A stretch of DNA of 63,455 nt, filler included, from Octopus bimaculoides (GCF_001194135.2; 4 parts of 4 records of this genome joined end to end with filler, not necessarily neighbours in it), one strand, 5' to 3'. Shown: positions 47,070-60,470, counted from the whole stretch's first letter. Notes: a model not told the origin generated them from the letters alone. A program made the numbers and translations.

Positions 47070-48040
47070 TGTGGTCAGCAAGTTCGATTCGCAACACGGG
47101 ATTTCGGTTTTGAACTCACTGTGCGACATCCTGGGCAAATATCTTTTACTGAAGCCATCGGTTAAGCAATGCCTTGTCAGGGAAAATAATAGCCGGAAAC
47201 TGTACGGAAACCCGGCACACACACACATATATATATGTATGTATGTATGTATATATGAGTCTACAGGTACATATATATATACATATGTATGCATGCATGT
47301 ATGTATATATGTTNNNNNNNNNNNNNNNNNNNNNNNNNNNNNNNNNNNNNNNNNNNNNNNNNNNNNNNNNNNNNNNNNNNNNNNNNNNNNNNNNNNNNNN
47401 NNNNNNNNNNNNNACACACACACACACACACACATACTCACACACACACACACACACACATATGATGGGATTCTTTCAGTTTATGTTTAGCAAATACAGA
47501 CACAAGGCTTTAATCGCTCGACTTTACAGTAGAAGAGCCTTGCCCAAGGTGTCACTCAATAGGATTGAACCCAGAACCATGTGGTTGAGAAGGAAGCATG
47601 TTTTTCTTGCTTTTTCGGTACTTCGTACCTCGACGCACAAAAGTTTTCTTCAAAAGAAAAGCGTAATAATTTCCAAACCAACAACGCAATAAATTCTGTT
47701 TCTGTAATTTATTACATTTTAAATGATCATGTTATTTATCCTTCTACTTGTTTCAGTCATTTGACTGTGGCCATGTTGGAGCACCGCCTTTAGTCGAACA
47801 AATCAACCCAAGTACTTATTCTATCGGTCTCTTTTTCAGAACTGCTAATTCACGGGGACGTAAACACACCGACATCGGTTGTCAAGCGATGGTGCTGGCG
47901 GGAAATACAGATCCACACACACACATATACACACACAAATATAAACATACATATATATATATTTATACACACGACGGGCTTCTTTCAGTTTCCGTCTACC
48001 AAATCCACTCACAAGGCTTTGGTCGGCCCGAGACTACAGT
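47070..48040. mobile_element. Cluster of SINE family A pieces (47070-47215 +, 47462-47600 -, 47743-48040 -)
   Basis: Head and tail motifs as above, separated by microsatellites and a gap. Confidence 0.75.
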
Positions 48041-48330
48041 AGATATATACAACGTTATTGCATTTGATATTTAATGTCATTACATTTTATATATATTGTT
48101 ATTACACCTTACATATTGTTATGACATCCTATATATAATGTAAATCTAATATAAATCTTATACATAAAATTATTACTTATATTTATATATAATAAGCAAC
48201 ATTCACATTCATATTTGAGATATCCGTTGTTATGTACAAGATTCACGAAGCATATTCATTTATTGTTTCTAAGACGCTTATATTTGTTTGTTTTTGTGTG
48301 TGTGTGTGCGCGCGTGTATGCATATATATA

Positions 48331-48365
<35 letters not shown>

Positions 48366-48639
48366 ATTTATATNNNNNNNNNNNNNNNNNNNNNNNNNNN
48401 NNNNNNNNNNNNNNNNNNNNNNNNNNNNNNNNNNNNNNNNNNNNNNNNNNNNNNNNNNNNNNNNNNNNNNNNNNNNNNNNNNNNNNNNNNNNNNNNNNNN
48501 NNNNNNNNNNNNNNNNNNNNNNNNNNNNNNNNNNNNNNNNNNNNNNNNNNNNNNNNNNNNNNNNNNNNNNNNNNNNNNNNNNNNNNNNNNNNNNNNNNNN
48601 NNNNNNNNNNNNNNNNNNNNNTATATATATATTTTCAAA

Positions 48640-49652
48640 TTCAGACAGAAAAATTTTGACACAAGGAAAACTATATTTTTCTACTCTTTTTAAAGCAAAT
48701 CGTTTCTCTAAGTTCAAAAAGCTAACAGGAAGTCTGAAGCAGAAACACAAAACCCCACTAAATTCTTGAATGATTTTTACTATTTCATTGATTCCCTCAT
48801 TTTAATAATTATTATACAAAGAAAGAAGATAAATGATTCAGAGCAGGTCCGGAGCTAAATGAAGAAAGAAGAAAGAAGCTAAATGAGTCGAGAAGGATAT
48901 GTCAATGTGAATTTGCTGAGCAAAAAGAGGATGAAAATAAGAGGCCAATGCATAGAATCGGTTGCGGAAGTCTTGGAGCAAATAATACTACGTCTTCTAG
49001 AGAATTTCCAATTTTTACAATCGATGAGTTACGAGAGAATGTGTGAAACCAGTAATTGAAGACAATGGGGAAATTAAAATAAATGTACGATCGACTCGGA
49101 TTTCAGAGCCTTTTTATCTGGATCGAAGGGAAGTTTCATCGTATAGGGATTCGACCGGGAAAGATCCATTTGGACATTTGTCTAAGTTAGCTTTAAACCT
49201 TCTCCTTTTACCAAATGCAGATATTGATGTGGAAAGAGTATTTAGTCCAATACTATGAGCCTAACCGTTTAAGCATAGAAACACTAAGATAAATTTGGAA
49301 CTTCAAATTTGGACTATGAAAAAGTAGTACATGTTATTATGATTATAAACTACCAAGCGAATTGTTGATGGATGCTTATAAAATGATGTGGAAATGCAGT
49401 TTCTAGACCAAAAGGAAATTATCAGAAAATTTTCCAAATATTATGGAGAAAATTGTGTTAATTTCAGTTTAATTTCATTAGTATTGACATTTTTAATATA
49501 AATCTTTTGATAATTACACCTATTTATTTATTTATTTATTTATTTATTTTCTTAATTACTTTTCTTTTTGGCACTTTTCATTTCTATTTGGTGTTTTTAG
49601 TGCATTTTAGCTATCGAAATAGTCCTTTTCAAAATGTTTAATTGACAACACA
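48640..49652 (+). mobile_element. Decayed hAT-like transposase 3' region with probable right terminus
   Basis: ORF 49043-49258 has DPFGHLSKLALNLLLLPNADIDVERVFS (hAT dimerisation motif F..L...AL.LL.LP.SNA..ERVFS). The end ttgacaacacag resembles the TTGGCAACACTG terminus. Confidence 0.7.
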
Positions 49653-49719
49653 GCACGCGCACGCACACACATACACACAGCATATATATATATCATACCT
49701 AATATATTATTTATATATA

Positions 49720-49800
49720 TACGACAGGCTTCTCTCAGTTTCCATCTACCAAATCCACTCACAAGGCTTTGGTCGGCCCGAAGACACTTGGCCAAGGTGC
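49720..49800 (-). mobile_element. SINE family A head fragment
   Basis: acgacaggcttctctcagtttccatctaccaaatccactcacaaggctttggtcggcccg. Confidence 0.8.
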
Positions 49801-49923
49801 CATACATACACACATGTATATATNNNNNNNNNNNNNNNNNNNNNNNNNNNNNNNNNNNNNNNNNNNNTTAATTAATTAANNNNNNNNNNNNNNNNNNNNN
49901 NNNNNNNNNNNNNNNNNNNNNNN

Positions 49924-50150
49924 GGCACATAAAAGACACCATTACGAGCGTGGCCGTTTTCGTGCGGGTGACACGTAAAAGCACCCACTACACTCTCTGA
50001 GTGGTTGGCGTTAGGAAGGGCATCCAACTGTAGAAACTCTGCCAAATTAGACTGGAGCCTGGTGTTACCATCCGGCTTCACCAGTCCTCAGTCAAATCGT
50101 CCAACCCATGCTAGCATGGAAAGCGGACGTTAAACGATGATGATGATGAT
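49924..50150 (+). mobile_element. SINE family D (RTE-like tail, (GAT)n end), young copy
   Basis: gtgcgggtgacacgtaaaagcacccactacactctctgagtggttggcgttaggaagggcatcc...gacgttaaacgatgatg. Confidence 0.88.
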
Positions 50151-50495
50151 TACCATTGAATTTTAAGAACTCAAGGACAATATAATGTATTAGTATATTT
50201 ATCTTTTTATATATTTTTTATATTTTTGTAAAAAACATTATTTTCATTTTCCCCTCTTCTTGAAAATTTGCCATGCAATGAAAGCCGGTTAGAAATCCGT
50301 TTTAATCCTCCTTANNNNNNNNNNTGAAAGCCGGTTAGAAATCCGTTTTAATCCTCCTTATGCACATCTATATTAAAATATGCTTTCAGTTTAGCATTCT
50401 GCCTTATTATCTTTTATTTTCCTATTATTACTCCATTTGAGGTTAACACAACCCCACCATTTACTGACTTATATATATAAATATATAGGTTCAAA

Positions 50496-50883
50496 TCCTG
50501 ATGGATTACTTACTCAAAGGCATCACTTACTTCTATCTGCTTCTGGACTAGTGTTCTGGATGGTTGACTGGCTGAGCACTTCGTTTGTTTATCAAATGTT
50601 CTGGCCACTTATTTTGATTCAGAAGTATTTCAGCATTCTGGTTTGTTGACTGTTTAAAGATGTCATTTGTTCAACTATTTTGATTACTTTGTTCTTCACC
50701 AATAATAATCCAGTACTCTGGTTGGTTGATTTTTCTATGGATGTCATTTTTTTGTCAAGTGACTTAGTCACTTGTTTTTTTGTTTTTCTGACAGTTGTCC
50801 AACATTCAAGCTGACTGATTCTCTTAAGATGTCACTTGTTTTCCTGATGTCACAGTTGGTTGAAAGTTTAAAGGCATCATTTC
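50496..50883 (-). repeat. Six degenerate 33-bp motif copies with irregular spacing
   Basis: Minus-strand consensus AANTGACATC-N9/10-TCAACCAANCAGA, with copies starting at about 50496, 50554, 50636, 50716, 50805 and 50851. Confidence 0.65.
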
Positions 50884-51065
50884 TTTTTTCTTTTAAAACT
50901 GAGAGTCCAGTTTTAATCAAAAACAAAATTGTAGTTTGAAGTGAGTTTCAAATCCTGGAAGAAACTTGATACCTTCACTTTTGGTTTACCATTATAATTT
51001 TTGTTGTTTCAGGTTGATTTTAGTAGGGATGAATGAATAAATTGTTTCCTTATTCTATTGAGCTG

Positions 51066-51800
51066 TTATAGAGTTTTTAGTTTTGGTTTATATTTCTTAG
51101 TAAACATACTTCCATGATTTAATCAGAATTGAATGATATGTTTTTATTGATATAAAGGGAAAATTTAATAATTGGAATGTTTTTGTTGGGCAAATATCTA
51201 GATGTTCACTCATGGCTATGTTTCTGGCCCTGAGCTATCATATCTGTTAGGCATGCATTATCATTTTGTCCCTTAGAGTTAGACCCATTTTTCCTATCTA
51301 ATCTTCACCATGCCCATCTCATATGATAACATAAATTTCATGATGCACAGATGAAATGAGTTTTAATGGAAAATGTTTGTCCTGATTTAAATTCATATTT
51401 CAAGCTTTCCATGTCGTTGATACAAATTCCACAATTAGAACAGTCACACTTTTGGACTATTAGGATTGTATTCTTGGTGGGTAATTTGGCACCAGTAAGT
51501 AGGTATTTAAGGACTTAGATCATCTTTTACTTTTAATTATTTAGTGTGTTTTGGATGCTTTTTTAATTTCATTTGTGGGCCATTCATCAAAAGACCTATG
51601 TCCCAATGAATGGTATTATATGCTTCCATGTATCTAGGCTCGTGTGTTGGTAAAATATTGAGTGCATTAGGGATATTTCCTGTTTTTCATAATTCTTGGT
51701 TGTCTATGGCTTTTGCAGGTTATTTCATTACTACTTAAAGTGACCTGGTATTGTCTTTTGAATAATATACTTTTAAGTTCTAGAAATCATTTATCCTGGT
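51066..51800 (-). mobile_element. Decayed Penelope-like element ORF C-terminus (linker, zinc motif, GIY-YIG)
   Basis: Manual translation: IKSKR..KSL / KYLLTGAKL, VQKCDCSNCGICI...YEFKSGQTFSIKTHFICAS, IGKMGLTLRDKM...AMSEHLDIC, KYKPKLKTL*. Confidence 0.8.
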
Positions 51801-52317
51801 TTTGGGATTGCATAAAATTGTGAAAGTGGTAAGGCATTTTAATAAATTTGCAAAAAATTTGAGAAACTACAATTCGTTTTAAGATCCCCAATTGATTTGG
51901 AGATCATTTCATGTAGCCCCCACCTACCTAAAATACATCTTGCAAAAAAAAACATAAGTAAAGCGTAATCTGATGAAGGTGAGTAAACTGAAATTGTGAA
52001 TCACTATTAACCTTTTCTTTGAAAAAATTTAATTAACACATAATCTACAAAAATGTATTAAATGATCTTTCAGTTTAATATCAGATTGTTTTTATATATA
52101 ACTTGACATAAAAAAACACAAAGTGTGTGTACATATATATATAAAATCATTTTCCATTTTTCCATTTGTTTGCTCATGCTAAGAAGGGCCAAATGAGTAT
52201 ATTAAGATATTGTTTTCCAAGTCAGCTGCCCTGTCTGTCATCAACCCTTGCCTACTTTTCAATTAAAGTATCTTTTACTCTACATGCCATGCACAAAAAC
52301 ACACACACATATATATA

Positions 52318-52385
<68 letters not shown>

Positions 52386-53071
52386 TATATAATACAGACT
52401 TCTTTCAGTTTACTACATCACACGGGCTTTACTGGTCTGGAATAAAAGCAGGAGATATTTGTGTGTGTGTGTATGTGTGTATCTTTATTTAACTATGAAA
52501 ACAGAGTCCTCGACATAAAGGAGTTCCCACAAGCATCCAAGCTTAAACTCCTCCGTTATGACCTAGAAAATTATGATAAATGGAAGAGGACTGAGAAATA
52601 AGCTCTGTTGTCCCCTACATATATACTAAATTCATTGCTCTATTCATTATTAGCTCTCACCTTGCTCACAGCACCCCTGTACAAGGCTTCTCACAAACCA
52701 CTTATTCACAAGTTTTCCCAGTGACCACCAGATCATAGAGTCAGAGTCCCTAACAAAGGCTTTCTTCAGGTTGCCAAATGCTAGCTAAACATTTCTCCTG
52801 CAGCTGATTTGCAAATGAAATAGCATCAGTAGTAATTCTTCTTGGTACAAAAATCAAACTGCATCTTATCTAAGCTAACTTTGTTCCTAATCAATTGAGC
52901 TATAACTTTTTCCAAGCATCCCATCACCTATTGGGTTACCAGTTAACTCTGAGTTTCCCAGCAACTCAGTTTTGTTTCGTGGGTTATTTTTTCTTTTCCA
53001 GGTTATTTCACATGCTTTCAACGAATGTGACATCGAAATCACATGTAAATGGCTACTTTCTCCAGAACAAG

Positions 53072-53190
53072 AAAGATTTGGCTGCTATTTTTTGCACGCC
53101 CTGCTACCATGTAGCAGATATTTCGGGTCCTTTATCGGAAATAGCTGTTACGTGGTAGCAGGGTGTGCTAAAAATAGCAGCCAAATCTTT
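53072..53190. repeat. Long inverted repeat: 53-bp arms, 13-nt loop
   Basis: 53072-53124 vs the reverse complement of 53138-53190: 48/53 identical. Confidence 0.95.
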
Positions 53191-56100
53191 TGAGGAGAGA
53201 TACATTTAATGCACTTGAAAAATATCTATGGAAAAAAACTATTTCACACTGAGGTTACAAACGGGTCTTTTATGAAATATTTACCATATTTCTAAAGTCC
53301 TTTAACAAAAGCGAAAATAGAAACATTTACTGTAAAAAAACAAATCATATTTTTCTGTTGTCAAGTCACTGTGTATACTCGAAAGATAAGAGTTTCTTCC
53401 CCTTCATGATTAAGATTATTTTCAGAATATTTTCCCATTATGCACCATTTTGGGTATTTATACCCTGGAAACCTCTAATAACTCAAAAACTACTTGTCTG
53501 ATTTAGACGAAAACTATTTTATTCTGTTCGTATTAACATTTCAGGGTAAACTTAATTCCTTGTATTTTCCCATTATGCACCAGTTTGGCTGGGTAACATT
53601 GCAAGCAAGCAAGATTCAAGCTAACTTTTAATGTATTATAGATGTTTATATGTAGCAATGCTGGTACCACTTCGTACCTTTTGTCACTTTAGTGACGTCT
53701 ATAAATTTGCCTTAGGTTATTAAATTGCTAATAAGGCACTCATATTATATATATATAGAGACAGATAGAGGGAGGGAGGGAGGGAGGGAGAGAGAGAAAG
53801 AGAGAGATGTTTTAATTCATTCATTCTGTCATTGAGTTGTAAATTTGGAGCAAGAGATGTAGCCATCTTTTAATGAGGTATTTATGAAGTACTTTAGTCC
53901 GTCTGAGTGAAATGTATGGAAGACTAAATGTGTCTTGTTTATATACCTTGCAGCATTTAGTTACATAATTTTACTGTCTGTTTTGAATATTTGTTGTTTT
54001 ATACCCATCTGCACATATAATGTCCTCTCTGATAACATTATAACACAAGAATCAAGATACTCTTTCTAATAGTAACCTGCCACATTTTCTGAAAATACCA
54101 CTATCTATTTAACTCCTTCTTTTGATTGTCATCATTGATAAAAGACAACTGATTGTGACAAGACAATGTCTTTTACCCATAAGTCACACTTTGTTGTCTT
54201 GGTTTCTATTTCTTCTGTACTTTTCAGGTCTTCACTATTTTTACTCCAAGTGGAACCTCTTAATTTTATAACATTTATAAAAATATCAAAACTAAAGCAT
54301 TATTCAATGTAGAAGAACTACCATATACTTACAGTACTTGAGAAAAGTTTTGTAAGGTTTAGCAAACTCAAGCTGAAATTTTTCTTCTGATTGAAACAAA
54401 TATGTAGTATTAACCTATAAGTTTAAACATACTTTGATGACTCATTTAATACCAAATCCAGCAGTCACTGTTGAATGACAAACTCTTCTTCATAGATAAG
54501 TTTTATGCTTAGACACATTATGAGGCAATTATTACTTTTTTTTATTTTCCTCCCTAATAATAATGTTTCACTTTACACATAAGTTTGGTAAATTAGCATT
54601 TACACAGTGACAGTCATTTTCAAAAATTCCTTTATATATGGAAACATGTCTGTTTTTAAAAGTAGCTGGTTTGTTTATGTGGTTCAGTTAAATTGGAAAT
54701 TAATGTTTAAATACCAAAAACCTCATTTATTGTACAAGTATTTTAAGGCATTTGAAATGATTTGCTTTTTTTATAACACATTAATTATATTCTTCACGGA
54801 TATTTTAATTGCACCTAAGTGCTCAATTAGCACCTTAAACAATTTTTACTAAACACTTTATGTCAGTTATTTCATTGCTATTTCCAACTATTGTTTATTG
54901 TATACTGCCATTAACTATCTAAAGCTGTATTTCTCATGGGGATGGGGGAGGACCCCTAGGGTTCTGGTGAAGATAGAAAAAGGAGTGGATAATTTGCTAT
55001 GTTTAATAAAACTAAGATTTCCTACTTTAAATATGCTGCTGAAATATGCTGCTGAAGAAAGGTACAAAACTGATTCTGTCTTCTCTTTAATAATAGTGAG
55101 ATAGAGGTTCCAAAAAATATCACTAATATTTTTGTTGTTAGTGCAATCAAAGAAAAAAATATATTAATCATCATTGTACTACTTATCCTTTTATCATAAT
55201 CTGAGTCCAATCAAAAGTAAAATTCTCTTATTAAATATTAAATGCAACATTTCTTCATAAATACTCTTTACTTTCCTTTTACAGATGATACAAAATGTTT
55301 GCTTTCATTTTAGATTTAGATTTTTCAAAAAGGTTATGAAAATACTGCCTTATTTAAAAGATTCTATCATTTATCTCATCTCAGAAATTCAAGAATATTC
55401 ATGCCCTTCAATAATGAAGTTCAACAAAAGTCAGCTTTTCATTTGTTATAATACTTTCAAATGACCTCCTCACAGGAAATCCATTATTGATTTTGATAAG
55501 GGTGAATATTTAAAGCAATGTTTCTAATACATACAAGATGCTATTTTAATCCAAAACATAACAAGTGTTAAACAAGGTTATCAAAGGACTAATATTTGTA
55601 GAACTGTCGGACAATGTCATACATGAATTGAATAAACTTTCTTTCATAGATTAGTTTTGGCTTTAACATTTGTATAACTGCTGGGTCATTTGCCTGAATT
55701 CTTTTAATACATTTATTCTTATTTATATCATTATTGACCTCATCATTATAGTATCTTTACTAGGTTCAACCCTAGCAGCTACACATCTACTTTCCAAACC
55801 TTACTAAAATGTTTCCTCTGTTTCCAAGCTTGTGTTTTTATAAATTATTTTGATATATCAATATATTTTATCTGATGTTCATATTATATTGATTAGTCTT
55901 TGTTACTCCCTACTAACATTGTCAGACTTCTAAGCTGCTATATTACTGTCTCTGATATTTATAGCTAACATTTCTTCTTAGTCTAACTGATCAACTTTTT
56001 CCTATTTTGCATTGGGCGTAGTTAACTATTTTGTTACGTGTATGGATATACTCAAACTTTTCTTGTTGTAGCATTCCAGAAAAGGATCTTTTGTTACATC

Positions 56101-56257
56101 AGACTGGAACCAAGTATTTTTACCTGTCAACTGAAAGTTTCTTGTAAAAAGTTCCTTCAAGATAGAAAGCTATGTTATTTTTTTTTTAACACAGGCAAAA
56201 AATACTTGTCATCAATAGCTATTACACAGTTTCAATACAATATTAGGTGATCCACTA

Positions 56258-56470
56258 AGGCAGTGAGCTGGCAGAATCACTAGCATGCTGAACAAAATGC
56301 TCAGTGGTATTTCGTCCGTCTTTACATTTTAAATTCAAATTCCACTGTGGTTGACTTTTTCATCCCTTTTGTGATTGAAAAGAATAAGTAACAACTGAGT
56401 ACACAGGTCGATTTAACTGACTTACCCCTCCCCTAAAATCCTGACTCTGTGCCCAAAATTTGAAACCAAT
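56258..56470 (+). mobile_element. SINE family B
   Basis: ggcagtgagctggcagaatcactagcatgc...ttcaaattccactgtggttgact...gtgcccaaaatttgaaacc. Confidence 0.8.
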
Positions 56471-56729
56471 CTTATATGACCCACTGTCATATATAAGAGA
56501 CTTGCTCTTTATTTTGAAAAGCTTGTCTTTTTTTTCAGCTATAACTTTTTATTACAACAGAATAACAGTGACACTGAAAGGATAGTGACTATTACTATAC
56601 TCAATCACTGAAGTGATTATTCACTTCATAATGATTTCATAAAATTTGAGTGATTTGCCATTGCATTTTCTGAGTATGATGTTTAGGGCTTCTGTAGAAT
56701 ATTAAATGGAAATGACATTATTTTTGTAA

Positions 56730-56929
56730 GTGCGGGTGACACGTAAAAGCACCCACTACACTCTCTGAGTGGTTGGCGTTAGGAAGGGCATCCAGCTGTA
56801 GAAACTCTGCCAAATCAGACTGGAGCCTGGTGTTGCCATCCGGTTTCACCAGTCCTCAGTCAAATCGTCCAACCCATGCTAGCATGGAAAGCGGACGTTA
56901 AACGATGATGATGATGATGATGATGATGA
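56730..56929 (+). mobile_element. SINE family D, 5'-truncated young copy
   Basis: 4 substitutions versus the 49924 copy over about 175 nt by manual alignment; (GAT)n tail. Confidence 0.9.
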
Positions 56930-57344
56930 CTGGTTACAGTCATCAATCAAGTGCAAGAGAATGTCTTGATCTGTAAGGGAGTCTGCACTTGTTGATAGTA
57001 GTTACATTTATTATTCAGTAGTCCATACAGTGAACTAATGAATTACAGATCAACTATACAATCTAGTTTCTGCTGACAGTGTTTCATTTCCCAATGGCAC
57101 CTATTTAAGCTGGGTAAAATAAAATAGTATGACAGAAAAGTAAATATTGAGGTAAGCTTCTTTGTTTATAGGGAAGGAAGTAGCTGAACAGCTCAAGCAG
57201 ATATCTTTCTATCTAAAGCAAGACATTTCTGCCATGGCAAATCAAAATACTTTATTTTTTTTACTTTTTCGTAATAAACATTTTTTGACACAGACTCCAG
57301 TTAAACCTAATTAAATGTTGATTTTTTTTTTAATCTTTTATCTT

Positions 57345-57705
57345 TTACATGTTTCACTCATTAGTCTGTAGCCACAAGAGGGTACCATCTTGAACTTTTT
57401 AGTTGAATGAATCAATCTCAGCCCTGGTACTTATTCTATCGATCCCTGTTGCCAAACTGCTAAGTTACAAGTAAACACACCAACACCGGTTGTCAAAAAG
57501 TGGTAGGAGACAAAAACAAACACAAAGACACACACACATATACGACGCATTTTTTTCTGTTTCCATCTACCAAATCCATTCACAAGGGTTTGGTTGGCCT
57601 GAGCCTATAGAAGAAGACACTTGCCCAAGGTGTATGCAGAGCAACTGAACCTGAAACTATGTGGTTGAGGAGCAAGCTTCTTACCACACAGCCACACCTG
57701 TGCCT
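57345..57705 (-). mobile_element. SINE family A, full length
   Basis: Degenerate tail, internal CA run, head ...gacacttgcccaagg...cttaccacacagccac. Confidence 0.82.
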
Positions 57706-58984
57706 ATGTTAATGATTATGTTCAGTTATGAAATAGCAACGTGTCTTTGCCAGAGACAAAAAGCAATACTAAGGGTCAGATACAAACCATGGGACCTTGC
57801 CCATTATATATATTACAAGTAAGAAGGAATTTAAAGGCCCTTCAGTTTTTCATACAACTATTCTCTGTAGTAGATCAACCTCTCTATATATTCAACTACC
57901 CTTTACATATGGATTTACTAAATACATTGTGCTATACATCAAAATCAGCTAAACATATCATCGTCATTATGACTTTTGAGATGATGGTGGTGTTGAGGAT
58001 GATGATGGCAGTGATAATGATAACATCACTGATGATGATAACAATGGTGAAGATGATAATAATGATGATGATGATGACAATGCTGATGAGGAGGAGGGAG
58101 AGATGAAAGATTCTACTGGTGATAATAATTATAAATGACTTTCAGTGACTCAGTTTTTTTATTCTTGATTTCTTTTTATCAAGTACTAAAGTCTCAGCTT
58201 GTATTTCTTTATCTACAATGACACTAATAAAGAAATTGTATGTACTATATTCTCTGTGGTTTACATTTAGTACCTACATCTTTGATAATCAGCATTTCTG
58301 AAACTTAACTTATCTTTTACATTTCTTAAAAGCCTGAGTAATATAAATTAATTTTCTTCAAATTTCTTTCTTTTTTCATATATATTTTATAACATATAAA
58401 ATCATTTATTCACATGACTAAAGTTACTTTCATCTTTTAAAAAAATCATTATATTACTCAGAATGAACCTCTTGACTTTCAATATAGGATTCTCATAGGA
58501 ACAGAATATTTTAATCTGAAAGTGATTCCCTTTTTTTTTTTCCTTGTTAAGTATAAACTAATTGTAACATAGGATAAAATCTGAAAAAAAAGAATGAAAA
58601 TGAATCTTTGAGGGAGTATAAATATACCACAAGACTGATTTGGTGATTGATAAGTAAAACCACAATGTAACTTTATTTATGATGAAAAATCATATTTATA
58701 CTAAGATAGAATTATGTACATGGGTTGATGAGAAAGAGATAAAAAAAATAATAACGATTCAAAGTATGTTCTGTATGAATGTTAAATATAGTCTAATTCT
58801 TCTTAAGAAAAAAATTTTAAAAGATTAATATCCTCAGAGTTAAATATTTAGCTCTTTAAGTCAATCAGTTTGAAGGAAATAAAGCCTAAATTTCTGCAAA
58901 GGGAGAAAAATATTCAATTAATAACAGTGTACAAGATTAATATACTGGTGCTACTAAAAGACTAGAAATATGAATTTTTATGAC

Positions 58985-59160
58985 TTAGGGGCCAGTCGAT
59001 TAGATCGACCCAGTACGCAACTGGTACTTAATTTATCAACCTCAAAGGATGAAAGGCAAAGTTGATCTCGGCGGAATTTGAACTCAGAATATAAAGACAG
59101 AGGAAATACCGCTAAGCATTTCGCCTGGTGTGCCAATGTGTCTGCCAGCTCACCGCCTTG
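58985..59160 (-). mobile_element. SINE family B
   Basis: ggggccagtcgattagatcgacccagtacgcaactggtactt...ggcggaatttgaactcag...ctgccagctcaccgcc. Confidence 0.88.
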
Positions 59161-60430
59161 AGAAACCTTTAATATCGATATAGACAGTGAATGTTATTGA
59201 TGCATTTTTATGACTAATGAGTGCAATTTTATATATCCGTTCTCTTATTGAAGAAACCTGGTATCAAAGAAAAAAAAGAAGGAAAAAGATTGTAATCATG
59301 CCCATTTAATATAAGAAATTCTGAATATTTCGTAGTAAACTTTGAGTAGAGTTCACTATATTGTTTTAAAAAATATATGATTTTAAAAAAGAAAAAGAAT
59401 TAGCTGACTATGCTTAGGAAATGATACCTATACTCTAATGTTTGTAAATATAATTATCCTAAGTAAATAATAATGAAGAATGAGCAAAAGTTGATACATC
59501 TGCATTTTTTTGTTTTTTGTTTTTTTTTTTGTTTTAACAATATCACAGGTATATTTAACCAACTGATTTTATCACATGAATTTCTTCCTTTGCATGTGGT
59601 GCTTATTCAATAAGTAAAAATGAAATGTTAGATGAAGGGAGAGTATATAGTCTTGCTGTGATAGACCAGCACATATAATGAAAGTATCTAGTGTCTGGTA
59701 AATATTGACAGCAACAGCCAGACACAATAAATTTTCAGTAAGGAAAACCTCTAAGATTGCTTCTGTGTAAATTTGCTTTAGTAACCTCATTTTTATCTAT
59801 ATTAAATATAAGACATAAATGTCAAATTTTCTTAATCTAGCTACTCATTTATTATTTTATCAATTTCACTAAACCTATGCATCCATATGGTTGTTTATAT
59901 GTATGTAGTATGTAGTTGTCCTTTATGTAAATCTATAGCTTACACATAGCTATTGTGACACATGTTTATATGAATGAATATATGAATGCATGTTTACTAG
60001 ACTACATGTATGTACATACATAACAAGCACACACACACGTGTATAAGCACATAACAAACACGCACACATGTATATATACACACACAGTCACATACGTACA
60101 CATAAATATTTAGATAAATATATGCCAATACATATATATAAACACACACACACAACTGAGAACATATACATTTGTATAAATAAATAAACACGTAAGAAAT
60201 ATACATTTATCTTCTCCTTTTCACTTCCTCTTTCTTTCTCCCTTTCTCTCTTCTGCTTTCTTTTAGGCATGCAAATTAGTTAAAAATATTTTGATTTATA
60301 CCACACACTAAGGAAAATGTGTAAAATATATTTTTTTAAAAATCATAATTAAGTAGTAATTCTGTCTTTAGAAAGATAAATTAAAGGCTTTGTTTCTTAT
60401 CAAATATTAAACATACTGTTACACACATGC

Positions 60431-60470
<40 letters not shown>

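Noticed and set aside
50278-50360. Exact 36-bp direct repeat flanking a 10-N gap
   Set aside because: Most likely an unmerged contig overlap, not a biological duplication.
50496-50883. CRISPR array
   Set aside because: Eukaryotic context, highly degenerate repeats, irregular spacing and no cas genes.
50941-51011. Perfect-looking 71-nt GTGAGT...TTTCAG intron on the plus strand
   Set aside because: The flanking sequence has no open frame and is antisense to a Penelope remnant.
51960-52000. CTGATGAAGGTGAGTAAACTGAAA as a functional hammerhead or splice donor
   Set aside because: Stem II is broken and there is no NUH/stem III. As an exon, all upstream frames contain stops. At most a decayed relic next to the Penelope fragment.
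53428-53582. 20-bp direct repeat tattttcccattatgcacca 135 bp apart
   Set aside because: Probably internal to a degenerate repeat; too long for a TSD and no other support.
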